From a virus (Duplodnaviria; Heunggongvirae; Uroviricota; Caudoviricetes): a stretch of DNA of 64,000 bases. The stretch lies in the IMG/VR virus record IMGVR_UViG_3300020045_008999, positions 160,001 to 224,000 of that record. One strand, 5' to 3'. The notes under the pieces were generated by a model that worked only from the letters and a program-made list of their open reading frames with translations, was not told the origin of the DNA and did not search any database. Position numbers and translations under genes: made by a program. Below, one piece after another: positions 1 through 10,341 of the stretch; position 1 is the stretch's first letter; each line of letters starts with the position of its first letter.

Positions 1-360
1 ACCCACTGTAGTAGGCCCACCCACTAACGTAGTTAATCGATTTTCAATACAATAAAAACTACCACCAACCGTAACCGGTGAACCCTCTAATGAAGTTAAT
101 TTATTAAATCTACAACTAAAACCCTCACCCACAGTATGTGGCGAACCCTCTAATGAAGTCAAATCATTATGATCACATTCAAAATCCCCACTCACTTTTC
201 CAAATTTTAATGGTAATGAAGTTAATGATCCCCTGGGAAATACAACACTACCATCTACGTCAATAGAGCCATCCGAGTTTATCGAATAGTCTTCGATATG
301 ATATTCTTTGCAGATTAAATCGATCCGGTCTTTTTCTTCTTTATTGATTAAGTTCTTCAT
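1..360 (-). CDS. LRR family A protein, N-terminal part (runs off window start)
   Basis: ATG at 360-358 reads MKNLINKEEKDRIDLICKEYHIEDYSINSDGSIDVDG, followed by xFxCxxNxLTSLEGSP repeats; not in the ORF track because it is truncated. Confidence 0.9.
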   Translation of the reverse strand, partial: MKNLINKEEKDRIDLICKEYHIEDYSINSDGSIDVDGSVVFPRGSLTSLPLKFGKVSGDFECDHNDLTSLEGSPHTVGEGFSCRFNKLTSLEGSPVTVGGSFYCIENRLTTLVGGPTTVG

Positions 361-370
361 ATAGTATATA

Positions 371-1414
371 TTATTCTAGACCATCTTTAATTTCTGCTAT
401 CAAATCCAGGAAGTTTTCTTCATTTAATGTTAAGTCATCGTTCCAGATCTCAAAGTGTCGTTGATACTTTAAGATTAGTTTAATATGGTATATATTGTCT
501 ACAAATAGAACAGGCAAGCATTGACTATCGAAGTATCCCTCACCACTTATTTCTATATCTACATCACCGGCATAAGTAGAAGCTAAATTATTATCTGTGC
601 AATAAAAACCACCACTAACTGTATTTGGGGAACCCTCTAGGGTAGTTAATTGATTATTCTCACAATAAAAACTACCACTAACTACAGTCGGTGACCCCTT
701 TAGTAAAGTTAGTTTATTACTTGTACATGAAAAGTCACCACCCACCGATTGTGGTACCCCTTCAAAACTAGTTAATTGATTATCATCACAATAAAAACTA
801 CCACCAACTGTATTTGGCGAACCCACTAACGTAGTTAATCCATTACACTGGCAGTTAAAACCACGACTAACTGTAATAGGCCCACCCACTAACGTAGTTA
901 ATTGATTATCATTACAATGAAAATTACCGACCACTGAGGTAGGTCCACCAAGCAAACTAGTTAATTGATTATCATTACAATGAAAATTACCGACCACTGA
1001 GGTAGGGGATCCTTCTAAGGTAGTTAATTTATTATAACTACATTTGAAAATACCCCCAACTGTAGTAGGGGATCCCTCTAACGTAGTTAATTGATTATCA
1101 TCACAGTGGAAATTACCGCCAACTGTAGTAGGGGATCCCTCTAAGGTAGTTAAATGATTATCGTCACAATGGAAATTACCACCAACTGTAGTAGGGGATC
1201 CCTCTAAGGTAGTTAATTTATTATCATCACAATGGAAATTACCACTTACATTTCTAAACTTTAATGGTAGTTTTTCTAGTCCCCAATTAACTATTACCAC
1301 AAAATCATTCACATCAATAGATCCATCCGAGTTTATTGAATAGTTTTCAATTTGGTAAAATTTACATAATAAATCAATGCGGTCCTTTTCTTCTTTACTA
1401 ATTAAATTCTTCAT
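371..1414 (-). CDS. LRR family A protein (longest copy, about 10 repeats)
   Basis: Conserved N-cap, tandem 22-aa repeats FxCxxNxLTTLEGSPTTVGG, conserved C-cap ending DGLE. Confidence 0.93.
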   Translation of the reverse strand: MKNLISKEEKDRIDLLCKFYQIENYSINSDGSIDVNDFVVIVNWGLEKLPLKFRNVSGNFHCDDNKLTTLEGSPTTVGGNFHCDDNHLTTLEGSPTTVGGNFHCDDNQLTTLEGSPTTVGGIFKCSYNKLTTLEGSPTSVVGNFHCNDNQLTSLLGGPTSVVGNFHCNDNQLTTLVGGPITVSRGFNCQCNGLTTLVGSPNTVGGSFYCDDNQLTSFEGVPQSVGGDFSCTSNKLTLLKGSPTVVSGSFYCENNQLTTLEGSPNTVSGGFYCTDNNLASTYAGDVDIEISGEGYFDSQCLPVLFVDNIYHIKLILKYQRHFEIWNDDLTLNEENFLDLIAEIKDGLE

Positions 1415-1424
1415 GGCTTATATA

Positions 1425-2153
1425 TTAAAGTAAACCATCTTCAATTTCTGTTATTAAATCCTTGAAATTTTCTTCGTTTAATGTAAGGTCATCATTCCAT
1501 ATAAAAAAATGTCTTTGGTATTTTAGAATCAACTTAATATGGATAAGGTTAGTAATAAGCACCGATGGCAATCTATTTGATTTAAAATTTATACTATTTT
1601 CTACTTCTATATCAGTATCGCCTGAGTATGTAGAAACTATTTGATTGCTACTACAATCAAAATTATATCCAATTGTAGTCGGTGCACCCACCAATGATTT
1701 AATAAAATTATTGGAGCATATATAATAACCACCAATCGTAGTAGGAGAACTCTCTAATGTGACCAACCTATTGTATGAGCATTCATAATTACCACCCACT
1801 GTAACCGGCCCACCCACTAATGAAGTTAATTGATTATCATTACAATGATAATCCTCACCCACTATATGTGGAGAACCCTCTAATGAAGTCAATTTATTGT
1901 ATGAACAAGTAAAATAAACCCCGACAGTATGGGGGGAACCAGACAAAGATGTTAAGTTATTCTGATTGCATTTAAAATATCCAGTTACATTACCAAAGCG
2001 CAATGGTAAATGTGATATAGTCATACCAGTTAATTTCACATTACCATCCACATCAACAGATCCATCCGAGTTTATTGAATAGTTTTCGATTTCATATTCT
2101 TTGCAGATTAAATCGATCTGGTCCTTTTCTTCTTTAGATATTAAGTTCTTCAT
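1425..2153 (-). CDS. LRR family A protein
   Basis: ORF track 1425..2168; family-conserved start MKNLISKEEKD at 2153. Confidence 0.92.
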   Translation of the reverse strand: MKNLISKEEKDQIDLICKEYEIENYSINSDGSVDVDGNVKLTGMTISHLPLRFGNVTGYFKCNQNNLTSLSGSPHTVGVYFTCSYNKLTSLEGSPHIVGEDYHCNDNQLTSLVGGPVTVGGNYECSYNRLVTLESSPTTIGGYYICSNNFIKSLVGAPTTIGYNFDCSSNQIVSTYSGDTDIEVENSINFKSNRLPSVLITNLIHIKLILKYQRHFFIWNDDLTLNEENFKDLITEIEDGLL

Positions 2154-2198
2154 GTGGTAACGTATCAACTATGTTAGTTTGACTATATATTAAAACTA

Positions 2199-2750
2199 TT
2201 ATTCCAACCCCTCTTGGATTTCCAATATTAAAGTGTTGAAATTTTCTTCATTCAAAGTAAGATCAGCATTCCATATAAAGAAATGTCTTTGGTATTTCAA
2301 AATTAATTTAATATGATTATTATTCTTTTCTAAAATATCAGGCATTTTATGTATCCCCAGATTAAGGTCACTATATAAATCCCCAACGGTCTCATTGTCA
2401 ACATTACCGGAATAGGTGGAAATTAAATAATTTACCGCAAAGCGAAAATGTTTCCCGACATATTCTGGACAACCTTCCAATGTAGTCAAATTATTATTCT
2501 CACATTCATAATGACCACCGACACATATTGGGCCGCCCACTAATGTAGTTAATTTATTTCTATTGATCTCAAAGCTACCACTTACCTTGCCAAAACGCAA
2601 CGGTAAACTCAGTAATCCTCTCTGATTTAAATTAACATTACCATCTACATCAATAGAGCCATCCGAGTTTATCGAATAATTTTTAATTTGATAGCGTAAG
2701 CATTCCAGGTCGATCTGGTCCTTTTCTTCTTTAGATATTAAGTTCTTCAT
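2199..2750 (-). CDS. LRR family A protein (short)
   Basis: Conserved caps and 22-aa repeats. Confidence 0.92.
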   Translation of the reverse strand: MKNLISKEEKDQIDLECLRYQIKNYSINSDGSIDVDGNVNLNQRGLLSLPLRFGKVSGSFEINRNKLTTLVGGPICVGGHYECENNNLTTLEGCPEYVGKHFRFAVNYLISTYSGNVDNETVGDLYSDLNLGIHKMPDILEKNNNHIKLILKYQRHFFIWNADLTLNEENFNTLILEIQEGLE

Positions 2751-2774
2751 GAGATAACGGTGTTTGTCTATATA

Positions 2775-3383
2775 TTATTCTAGGCCGTCTTTAATTTCAT
2801 CCAGAAGTATCTGGAAGTTTTCTTCATTAAATGACAAATCATCATTCCAGATCATGAAATACCTCTGATACTTTATAATAGTACTAAGGTGTTCGTTATT
2901 ATCCATAAACACTTTAGGCAATAACTGAGTTTGTGGGTTTATTAGGTACACTCCACTCACATTTATATCGGTATCACCAGAATACGTAGATGTGATTTTA
3001 TTATTACCCACATTAAATTTGCCACCAACCGTTGTGGGTGCACCGACCAAGTCAGTCAGCTTATTGCTGCTACATGCAAAAATACTACCAACGGTGACCG
3101 GGCCACCAATCAAATTAGTCAATTTGTTATCGTTACAGTTAAATACACCACCAACCGTATGAGGGGATCCCTCTAAGGTAGTTAATGAATTCAGAGAACA
3201 ATAAAAACTACCAGACACATTACCAAATTTAATAGGAAGATTTTTCAGGTCTAAATTTCGTATACTCGCGTCACCATCAACGTCGATGGAACCATCTGGG
3301 TTTATCGAATAGTTTTTGATTCTATGTTTTTTACATATTAAATCAATCTGGTCCTTTTCTTCCTTGGTGATTAAGTTTTTCAT
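2775..3383 (-). CDS. LRR family A protein
   Basis: Conserved caps and 22-aa repeats. Confidence 0.92.
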   Translation of the reverse strand: MKNLITKEEKDQIDLICKKHRIKNYSINPDGSIDVDGDASIRNLDLKNLPIKFGNVSGSFYCSLNSLTTLEGSPHTVGGVFNCNDNKLTNLIGGPVTVGSIFACSSNKLTDLVGAPTTVGGKFNVGNNKITSTYSGDTDINVSGVYLINPQTQLLPKVFMDNNEHLSTIIKYQRYFMIWNDDLSFNEENFQILLDEIKDGLE

Positions 3384-3393
3384 AAATTTATTT

Positions 3394-4008
3394 TTATTCT
3401 AATCCCTCTTCTATTTCTAATAACAAATCCTTGAAATTTTCTTCGTTTAATGTAAGGTCATCATTCCAGATTTCAAAATGTCGTTGGTATTTCAAGATCA
3501 ATTTAATAACAACTTTGTTATGGCAATTACTAAGAAATTGCTGAGGTAATTTATTATTATTATTACAGTCAAAACTACCAATGATATCAATATCAATATC
3601 ACCAGAAAATATAGAAATTAGGTCATTGTGCATACAAAAAAACCCACCACCTATACTCTCAGGGGCACCCTCTAATGTGGTTAGTGCATTTAAATAACAA
3701 TGATAACTACCACCTACGGTAACTGGTCCACCCACCAATGAAATCAATTTATTAGTACAGCATGAATAACCCTTACCTACGGTAACCGGAGAACCTTTTA
3801 GAGTAGTTAACTTATTGTGATTGCATGAAAAATTACCAGATACTTTACCAAACTGTAATGGTAATTTTATTAAATGTCTATCCCTTAAATCCACATCACC
3901 ATCAACGTCAATAGATCCATCTGAGTTAATGGTATAGTTTTTTATTTTATATTCTTTGCATATAAAATCGATCTGGTCCTTTTCTTCCTTGGTGATTAAG
4001 TTCTTCAT
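3394..4008 (-). CDS. LRR family A protein
   Basis: Conserved caps and 22-aa repeats. Confidence 0.92.
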   Translation of the reverse strand: MKNLITKEEKDQIDFICKEYKIKNYTINSDGSIDVDGDVDLRDRHLIKLPLQFGKVSGNFSCNHNKLTTLKGSPVTVGKGYSCCTNKLISLVGGPVTVGGSYHCYLNALTTLEGAPESIGGGFFCMHNDLISIFSGDIDIDIIGSFDCNNNNKLPQQFLSNCHNKVVIKLILKYQRHFEIWNDDLTLNEENFKDLLLEIEEGLE

Positions 4009-4018
4009 ATAGTATATA

Positions 4019-4621
4019 TTATTCTAAACCATCTTCAATTTCTAATATAAGATCATTAAAATTTTCCTCGTTTAATGTAAGGTCATCATTCCAGATTTCA
4101 AAATGTCGTTGGTACTTTAAGATTATTTTAATATGGTCGATATTGTCATTAAATAATTGTGGTAATGAGGCCACATGCGAAAAAACATCTGATATTTCAA
4201 TATCAATATTTCCAGAATATGTAGAAATTAACTTATAGTTTTCGTAGCATATATATATGCCACCCACCATAGTAGGTGAACCCTCTAATGAAGTTAATTC
4301 ATTATAACTACAATTGAAAATACCCCCAACGGTAGTAGGCGATCCCTCTAAGGAAGTCAAAACATTATGATCACAATAAAAATTACCATTAACGGTAACT
4401 GGCGAACCTTCTAATGTAGTTAATTTATTACTAGCACAATCGAATTTACCAGATACTTTATTGAATTTAATCGGCATTTTAGTTAGTCCTATGTTGAATA
4501 AATCCACACTACCATCAACATTGATGGAACCATCCGAGTTTATGATATAGTTTGTGATTCTATATTGAATGCATATTAAATCAATCTGGTCCTTTTCTTC
4601 TTTAGTAATTAAGTTCTTCAT
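4019..4621 (-). CDS. LRR family A protein
   Basis: Conserved caps and 22-aa repeats. Confidence 0.92.
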   Translation of the reverse strand: MKNLITKEEKDQIDLICIQYRITNYIINSDGSINVDGSVDLFNIGLTKMPIKFNKVSGKFDCASNKLTTLEGSPVTVNGNFYCDHNVLTSLEGSPTTVGGIFNCSYNELTSLEGSPTMVGGIYICYENYKLISTYSGNIDIEISDVFSHVASLPQLFNDNIDHIKIILKYQRHFEIWNDDLTLNEENFNDLILEIEDGLE

Positions 4622-4635
4622 AAATTTATTCTTTT

Positions 4636-5487
4636 TTATTTTAAACCATCTTCAATTTCTAATAGCAAGTCATTGAAATTTTCATCATTTAATGATAAGT
4701 CATCATTCCAGATACTAAAATAGCGTTGGTACTTTAGAATCAATTTAATGTTTTCAGCATTATCTTGTAACAATTGTGGTAAGTAGGTATGATTAAAATA
4801 AAATTCTTCACCCACTTCAATGTCATTATCACCCGAATGGGTGGATATTAAATCATTATTACAATGGAAGTTGCCTTTAATCGTTTTGGGACAACCAATA
4901 AGAGTGCTTATTTGGTTAGAATTGCATACAAAATCACAATTAATTACTTCCGGGGATCCTACCAGGGATGTTATATTATTAAGCATGCAATAAATATTAC
5001 CCTTGATAGTATTTGGAATACCTTTAAATGAGGTTAAATTATTACTAGAACAATCAAAATCACCACCCACCGAAGTAGGTGCACCTTCCAATGTAGTCAA
5101 ATCGTTACCACCACATCTGAAGTGTAGACCAACCTCAACCGGACTACCATGCAGCGATCTTAGTTTATTTTCGACACAATCATACGCGTTCCCCACTATT
5201 GATGGACCACCAATCAAATTAACTAATTTGTTGTCAGCACAATCAAAGTAGTTTCCTACTTCATAAGGGCAACCATCTAATGTGGTTAGCATATTACTAG
5301 AACAGATGAAATCCTTACTGACTTTTCCAAAACGCAGGGGTAACTTAGTTAAACTTTCCATATATAAATTCACATCACCATCTACATCAATAGATCCATC
5401 CGAGTTTATGGTATAGTTTTTAATATTATATTTATCACAAATTGAATCAATACGATCCTTTTCTTCTTTACTGATTAAGTTCTTCAT
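4636..5487 (-). CDS. LRR family A protein (long)
   Basis: Conserved caps and 22-aa repeats. Confidence 0.92.
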   Translation of the reverse strand: MKNLISKEEKDRIDSICDKYNIKNYTINSDGSIDVDGDVNLYMESLTKLPLRFGKVSKDFICSSNMLTTLDGCPYEVGNYFDCADNKLVNLIGGPSIVGNAYDCVENKLRSLHGSPVEVGLHFRCGGNDLTTLEGAPTSVGGDFDCSSNNLTSFKGIPNTIKGNIYCMLNNITSLVGSPEVINCDFVCNSNQISTLIGCPKTIKGNFHCNNDLISTHSGDNDIEVGEEFYFNHTYLPQLLQDNAENIKLILKYQRYFSIWNDDLSLNDENFNDLLLEIEDGLK

Positions 5488-5536
5488 AGTACTATATATT
5501 AGATATTAAAAACTCACATGGAATCATAATATTTAT

Positions 5537-5544
5537 TACATTTG
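5537..5544 (+). promoter_or_regulatory. Bacteroidota-type -7 box, antisense to the LRR array
   Basis: TACATTTG upstream of the ATG at 5583. Confidence 0.5.
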
Positions 5545-5582
5545 TACCCATCATTAATAATATGCTGTAAATATACTCAATT

Positions 5583-6036
5583 ATGTCTATCAGTTTGAAA
5601 ACCATACCCCCAAATTATTCACCGGTTTTATTCGAAATGTTTTACATGGTGCCCGATGAAAAAACGGGGGAAGAATATTATTACTTCAAGGATAAAACGA
5701 TTAGCCGTGATCGCTATACTCCTATATTTCTGAAATGAATTAAAATCAACACATATGAATTTTCATTTTATAGTAGTATAAAAGGGGAATACGGTCGTTT
5801 TTTTTACAATTGAATTTGGATTGGGGTTCAGAACTATCAACGAAATTCAAGGACTTTTTACATACGGTAGATTTATAATGGATAATGATTATGAATTATC
5901 GTTGGACTCATGTAAAAAGATTTATGATTTAAATCTGACCATTGGCTATTATGATAACCAGGGTGTTGAGATAATTGAATATGATCAGATGGCAATACAA
6001 CGCCGCATTACCATCAATGATATTTTATATTCTTAA
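5583..6036 (+). pseudogene. Probable decayed gene inserted antisense in the array
   Basis: ATG 5583; in-frame TGA 5736-5738; same frame stays open to a T8 run (5798-5805), where removing one T joins ORF 5821..6036, which ends QRRITINDILYS. Confidence 0.5.
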
Positions 6037-6038
6037 TA

Positions 6039-6641
6039 TTATTCTAGGCCATCTTTAATTTCATCAAGCAATTCTTGAAAGTTTTCATCATTCAATGATA
6101 GATCGGCATTCCAGATCTCAAAATGTCGCTGATATTTTAAAATTAGTTTAATGTGTACAATATTATCTTGTAATAGTTGTGGTAATTCATCACCTATGCA
6201 TCTAAATTTACCACCCAATTCAATATCTATATCACCGGAATAGGTAGAAATTATCTCACTATGTATGTAATTAATATCCCCACCAATTATGTGGGGAGTC
6301 CCCTCTAATGAAGTCAGCTCATTACCATAACAATGAAAATTACCACCTACCGATGATGGCCCACCTATTAATGAAGTTAATTGATTGCAAGAACAACTAA
6401 AATCACCACCAACCGTAATTGGGGATCCCTCTAATGTAGTCAGTTTATTAACACTACAATTAAAATTACCACTGACATTATTAAATGTTAATGGTAATTT
6501 ATTAAATTTCAGTAATGCTAAATTTACATCACCATTAACATCAATCGATCCATCTGAAGTGATATTATAATTTTCAATATTGAGATTGGTGCATATTGAA
6601 TCAATTCGATCCTTTTCTTCTTTACTAATTAAGTTCTTCAT
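6039..6641 (-). CDS. LRR family A protein
   Basis: Conserved caps and 22-aa repeats. Confidence 0.92.
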   Translation of the reverse strand: MKNLISKEEKDRIDSICTNLNIENYNITSDGSIDVNGDVNLALLKFNKLPLTFNNVSGNFNCSVNKLTTLEGSPITVGGDFSCSCNQLTSLIGGPSSVGGNFHCYGNELTSLEGTPHIIGGDINYIHSEIISTYSGDIDIELGGKFRCIGDELPQLLQDNIVHIKLILKYQRHFEIWNADLSLNDENFQELLDEIKDGLE

Positions 6642-6660
6642 GGTTTAATAGGGTTTCATT

Positions 6661-6703
6661 ATATATAAAATCTAATAACTCAAAGTGGTCAGCTCAGATA
6701 CTA
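6661..6703. repeat. Empty/collapsed form of the intergenic element
   Basis: Left flank (tatataaaatctaataactcaaagtggtcagc, cf. 7864-7898) joined directly to right flank (tcagatacta, cf. 11344-11353). Confidence 0.65.
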
Positions 6704-7306
6704 TTCTAAACCATCTTCTATTTCAGTTATCAAAACCTGGAAGTTTTCTTCGTTTAATGTTAAGTCATCGTTCCAGATCTCAAAATGTCGCTGATATTTT
6801 AAAATTAGTTTAATGTGTACAATATTATCTTGTAATAGTTGTGGTAAGTTGTTACAAATACTCATATTGACAAAACCATTCACTTCAATATCTACATCAC
6901 CTGCATAGGTAGAAGTTAACTTGTTATATGCACAAATTAAATTACCACCAATTGTGTGAGGTGCACCTTCTAATGTAGATAGTTGATTATTATAGCACTG
7001 ATAATTACCACCTACTGATGATGGACCTCCTACTAATGAAGTTAAGTTGTTCCTATAACAATGAAAATTATAGCCCACCGATTGTGGAGCACCTTCTAAT
7101 GTAGATAGTTGATTAGTATCACAACAAAAATTGTCACTTACCGTACCAAACTGCAAGGGTAGTTTTTCTAGTTTCCACCTTACAAATAACATACTTCCAT
7201 CTACATCAATAGACGCATCCGGATTAATGGAATAGTTTTTTATGCGGTATTGCTTACATATTAAATCAATTTGATCCTTTTCTTCTTTACTAATTAAGTT
7301 CTTCAT
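6701..7306 (-). CDS. LRR family A protein
   Basis: Conserved caps and 22-aa repeats. Confidence 0.92.
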   Translation of the reverse strand: MKNLISKEEKDQIDLICKQYRIKNYSINPDASIDVDGSMLFVRWKLEKLPLQFGTVSDNFCCDTNQLSTLEGAPQSVGYNFHCYRNNLTSLVGGPSSVGGNYQCYNNQLSTLEGAPHTIGGNLICAYNKLTSTYAGDVDIEVNGFVNMSICNNLPQLLQDNIVHIKLILKYQRHFEIWNDDLTLNEENFQVLITEIEDGLE

Positions 7307-7318
7307 AAATTCATTCTT

Positions 7319-7858
7319 TTATTCTAATCCCTCTTCTATTTCTAATATCAAATCTTTAAAGTTATCAACATTAAGTGTCAGATCATCATTCCAAATCATA
7401 AAGTGTCTCTGGTACTTCAAGATCAGTTTAATGTGTATAATATTATCTTGTAATAATTGTGGTAATTCATTATTAGACAATTCCACGTCACCCACCAATT
7501 CAATATCTATATCCCCGGAATAGGTAGACGTTAACTTGTTACGTGAACAAATTAAATCACCTACAACCGTATGAGGTGCCCCCTCTAATGAAGTTATTTC
7601 ATTATAATAACAACTAAAATCACCACCAACGGTAATCGGCCCACCCTCTAAGGAAGTTAGGTTGTTCATATAACAATAGAAATCACCACTCACTTTATTA
7701 AATTTTATTGGAAATTCCACTAAATCAACATTGACTATTCTAACATAACCATCTACATCAATAGACCCATCCGGATTAATGCTATACTTCATGATGCTAT
7801 ATTGGGTACATATTGAATCAATTCGATCCTTTTCTTCTTTGGTAATTAAGTTCTTCAT
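7319..7858 (-). CDS. LRR family A protein (short)
   Basis: Conserved caps and 22-aa repeats. Confidence 0.92.
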   Translation of the reverse strand: MKNLITKEEKDRIDSICTQYSIMKYSINPDGSIDVDGYVRIVNVDLVEFPIKFNKVSGDFYCYMNNLTSLEGGPITVGGDFSCYYNEITSLEGAPHTVVGDLICSRNKLTSTYSGDIDIELVGDVELSNNELPQLLQDNIIHIKLILKYQRHFMIWNDDLTLNVDNFKDLILEIEEGLE

Positions 7859-7894
7859 ATGTTATATATAAAAATCTAATAACTCAAAGGGGAC

Positions 7895-8120
7895 CAGCGA
7901 ACCGATAGGTGAGCTGCATATTAAACTAAACTTTAACGTTTTTTAACATTATAAATTTGCATATTAATTTAACTTTTATTAACTTTGTGTTGGCACTTTA
8001 CACTCAAGTACTACACTATAAAGTGCCAACATAAAGATACAATATTATTTTCATATACACAAGAATTTTAACAACGTTGTTAACATTTATATTTCAGCAC
8101 TATGTCCTCGCTTCGCTCGG
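7895..8120. repeat. Intergenic element copy E1
   Basis: Top-strand hairpin 7895-7916; + promoter TTTG 7956 / TAACTTTG 7980-7987; 18-bp inverted repeat 7983-8000 / 8019-8036; - promoter TATCTTTA 8039-8032 with TTG 20 nt upstream; bottom-strand hairpin 8106-8120. Confidence 0.9.
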
Positions 8121-8225
8121 ACTAATCATTATATATATTTTGCCTCTTATAATCTAAACTTTATTTATTCTTTACGTATAGTGTAGTTGTTAACTACTGG
8201 TTTATAAGGTACCACCATGAGGATA

Positions 8226-8963
8226 CTATTCTAAACCATCTTCTATTTCGCTTATCAAAACCTGGAAGTTTTCTTCATTTAAGGTAAGATCATCATTCCA
8301 TATCTCAAAGTATCGCTGATATTTTAAAATTAGCTTAATAACAACGTTGTTATGATCCATATTAGACTTAAGGAGTGGCGGTAATGTACCACCTGGTGAA
8401 AAATGACCACTCACTTCGATATCAATATCACCAGAATAAGTGGATGTCAATTTGTTATCATAACATACAAAATCCCCGCCAATCTTAGCAGGGGAACCAT
8501 CTAAGGAGATTAACTGATTTTCATAACAGTGAAAATTATTACCGACACTAACCGGAGCACCCTTTAACGATGTTAATCTGTTAAAACCACAAACAAAACT
8601 ACCCCCAACTATATGGGGACAACCCTCTAATGAAGTCAAATTATTATGACTAATGATGAAATCACCATCGACACTAACCGGGGCACCCTCTAATGAGGTT
8701 AAAATATTATGACTAATGATGAAATCACCATCGACACTAACCGGGGCACCCTCTAATGAAGTCAAATTATTAAACGAACATGTAAATCTACCAGATATTG
8801 CACCAAATTTCAATGGCAACTTATCTAATTTTTCATTATATAAATTTATACTATCATCTACATCAATAGACCCATCCGGATTAATGGAATAGTTTTTTAT
8901 ACTGTATTGATCACATATTAAATCAATTTGATCCTTTTCTTCTTTAGATATTAAGTTCTTCAT
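8226..8963 (-). CDS. LRR family A protein
   Basis: Conserved caps; recent internal duplication TSLEGAPVSVDGDFIISHN x2. Confidence 0.92.
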   Translation of the reverse strand: MKNLISKEEKDQIDLICDQYSIKNYSINPDGSIDVDDSINLYNEKLDKLPLKFGAISGRFTCSFNNLTSLEGAPVSVDGDFIISHNILTSLEGAPVSVDGDFIISHNNLTSLEGCPHIVGGSFVCGFNRLTSLKGAPVSVGNNFHCYENQLISLDGSPAKIGGDFVCYDNKLTSTYSGDIDIEVSGHFSPGGTLPPLLKSNMDHNNVVIKLILKYQRYFEIWNDDLTLNEENFQVLISEIEDGLE

Positions 8964-8974
8964 AAAGCTATATA

Positions 8975-9577
8975 TTATTCTAGGCCATCTTCAATTTCTA
9001 ATATCAAATCTTTAAAGTTATCTACGTTCAATGTTAAGTCATCATTCCAGATCTCAAAATGTCGCTGATATTTTAAAATTAGTTTAATGTGTCTAATATT
9101 ATCTTGTAATAATTGTGGTAATAGATTACCAGATAAATCCACATCAGCATCCACTTCGATATCAGTATCACCGGAATATGTAGAAGTCAGGTAGTTACGT
9201 AAACAAGTTAAATCACCACCAACCGTATGAGGTGCCCCCTCTAATGAAGTTATTTCATTATAATAACAATAAAAATTACCACCTACATAAGTAGGCGAAC
9301 CTACTAATGATGTCAATTTGTTTTCATAACATTCAAAATATCCACCAACCGTTGTAGGTGCACCATCTAATGAAGTCAGTAGATTTAAACCACAATTAAA
9401 AAACCCGGTAACTTTACCAAATCGCAATGGTATTTTAGTTAATTTTGTATTATGTAAATTAACATCATCATCTACATCAATAGTACCATCCGGGTTAATG
9501 CTATACTTCATGATGCTATATTGGGTGCATATTGAATCAATTCGATCTTTTTCTTCTTTACTAATTAAATTCTTCAT
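8975..9577 (-). CDS. LRR family A protein
   Basis: Conserved caps and 22-aa repeats. Confidence 0.92.
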   Translation of the reverse strand: MKNLISKEEKDRIDSICTQYSIMKYSINPDGTIDVDDDVNLHNTKLTKIPLRFGKVTGFFNCGLNLLTSLDGAPTTVGGYFECYENKLTSLVGSPTYVGGNFYCYYNEITSLEGAPHTVGGDLTCLRNYLTSTYSGDTDIEVDADVDLSGNLLPQLLQDNIRHIKLILKYQRHFEIWNDDLTLNVDNFKDLILEIEDGLE

Positions 9578-9588
9578 AAAACTATATA

Positions 9589-10317
9589 TTATTCTAGGCC
9601 GTCTTCGATTTCTACTATCAAATCCTGGAAGTTATCTTCATTGAGTGTAAGGTCTTCGTTCCAGATAAAGAAATGTCTCTGGTACTTTAAAATTAGTTTA
9701 ATATGGTATATATTGTCTACAAATAGAACAGGCAAGCATTGACTATCGAAGTATCCCTCACCACTTATTTCTATATCTACATCACCGGCATAAGTAGAAG
9801 CCAAATTATTATCTGTACAAATTAAATCACCGCCAATGGTAACCGGAGCACCCTCTAGGGTAGTTAATTGATTTTCGTCACAATAAAAACTACCAACAAC
9901 GTTAACTGGTCCACCCACTAACGTAGTTAATTGATTCCTTGTACATGAAAAGTCACCACCCACCAATTGTGGCACCCCTTCAAAACTAGTTAATTGATTA
10001 TCGTCACAATAAAAATCACCGCCAATGGTAACCGGCCCACCCACTAACGTAGCTAATTGATTATCATCACAATAAAAAAACCCACCCACCGTAGTAGGTG
10101 AGTCCTCTAGTGATGTCAGTTTGTTTGAAACACAATCGAAATTACCAAATACTTTATTAAAATTTAATGGAATTTTTTCCAAACCGGTCCTCCTTAAACT
10201 CACATCACCATCAACATCAATAGATCCATCTGAGTTAATCGTATAATTCTTAATTTTATATTTTATACATATTAAATCGATCTGGTCCTTTTCCTCTTTA
10301 CTAATTAAGTTCTTCAT
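9589..10317 (-). CDS. LRR family A protein
   Basis: Conserved caps; shares an identical 110-bp block with gene 371..1414. Confidence 0.92.
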   Translation of the reverse strand: MKNLISKEEKDQIDLICIKYKIKNYTINSDGSIDVDGDVSLRRTGLEKIPLNFNKVFGNFDCVSNKLTSLEDSPTTVGGFFYCDDNQLATLVGGPVTIGGDFYCDDNQLTSFEGVPQLVGGDFSCTRNQLTTLVGGPVNVVGSFYCDENQLTTLEGAPVTIGGDLICTDNNLASTYAGDVDIEISGEGYFDSQCLPVLFVDNIYHIKLILKYQRHFFIWNEDLTLNEDNFQDLIVEIEDGLE

Positions 10318-10341
10318 ATGTTAGCGGTGTTTGTCTATATA

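Noticed and set aside
7983-8036. Central inverted repeat as a simple intrinsic terminator
   Set aside because: Large loop, no U-tract, arms overlap -7 boxes, and the loop sequence is conserved and inverted between copies
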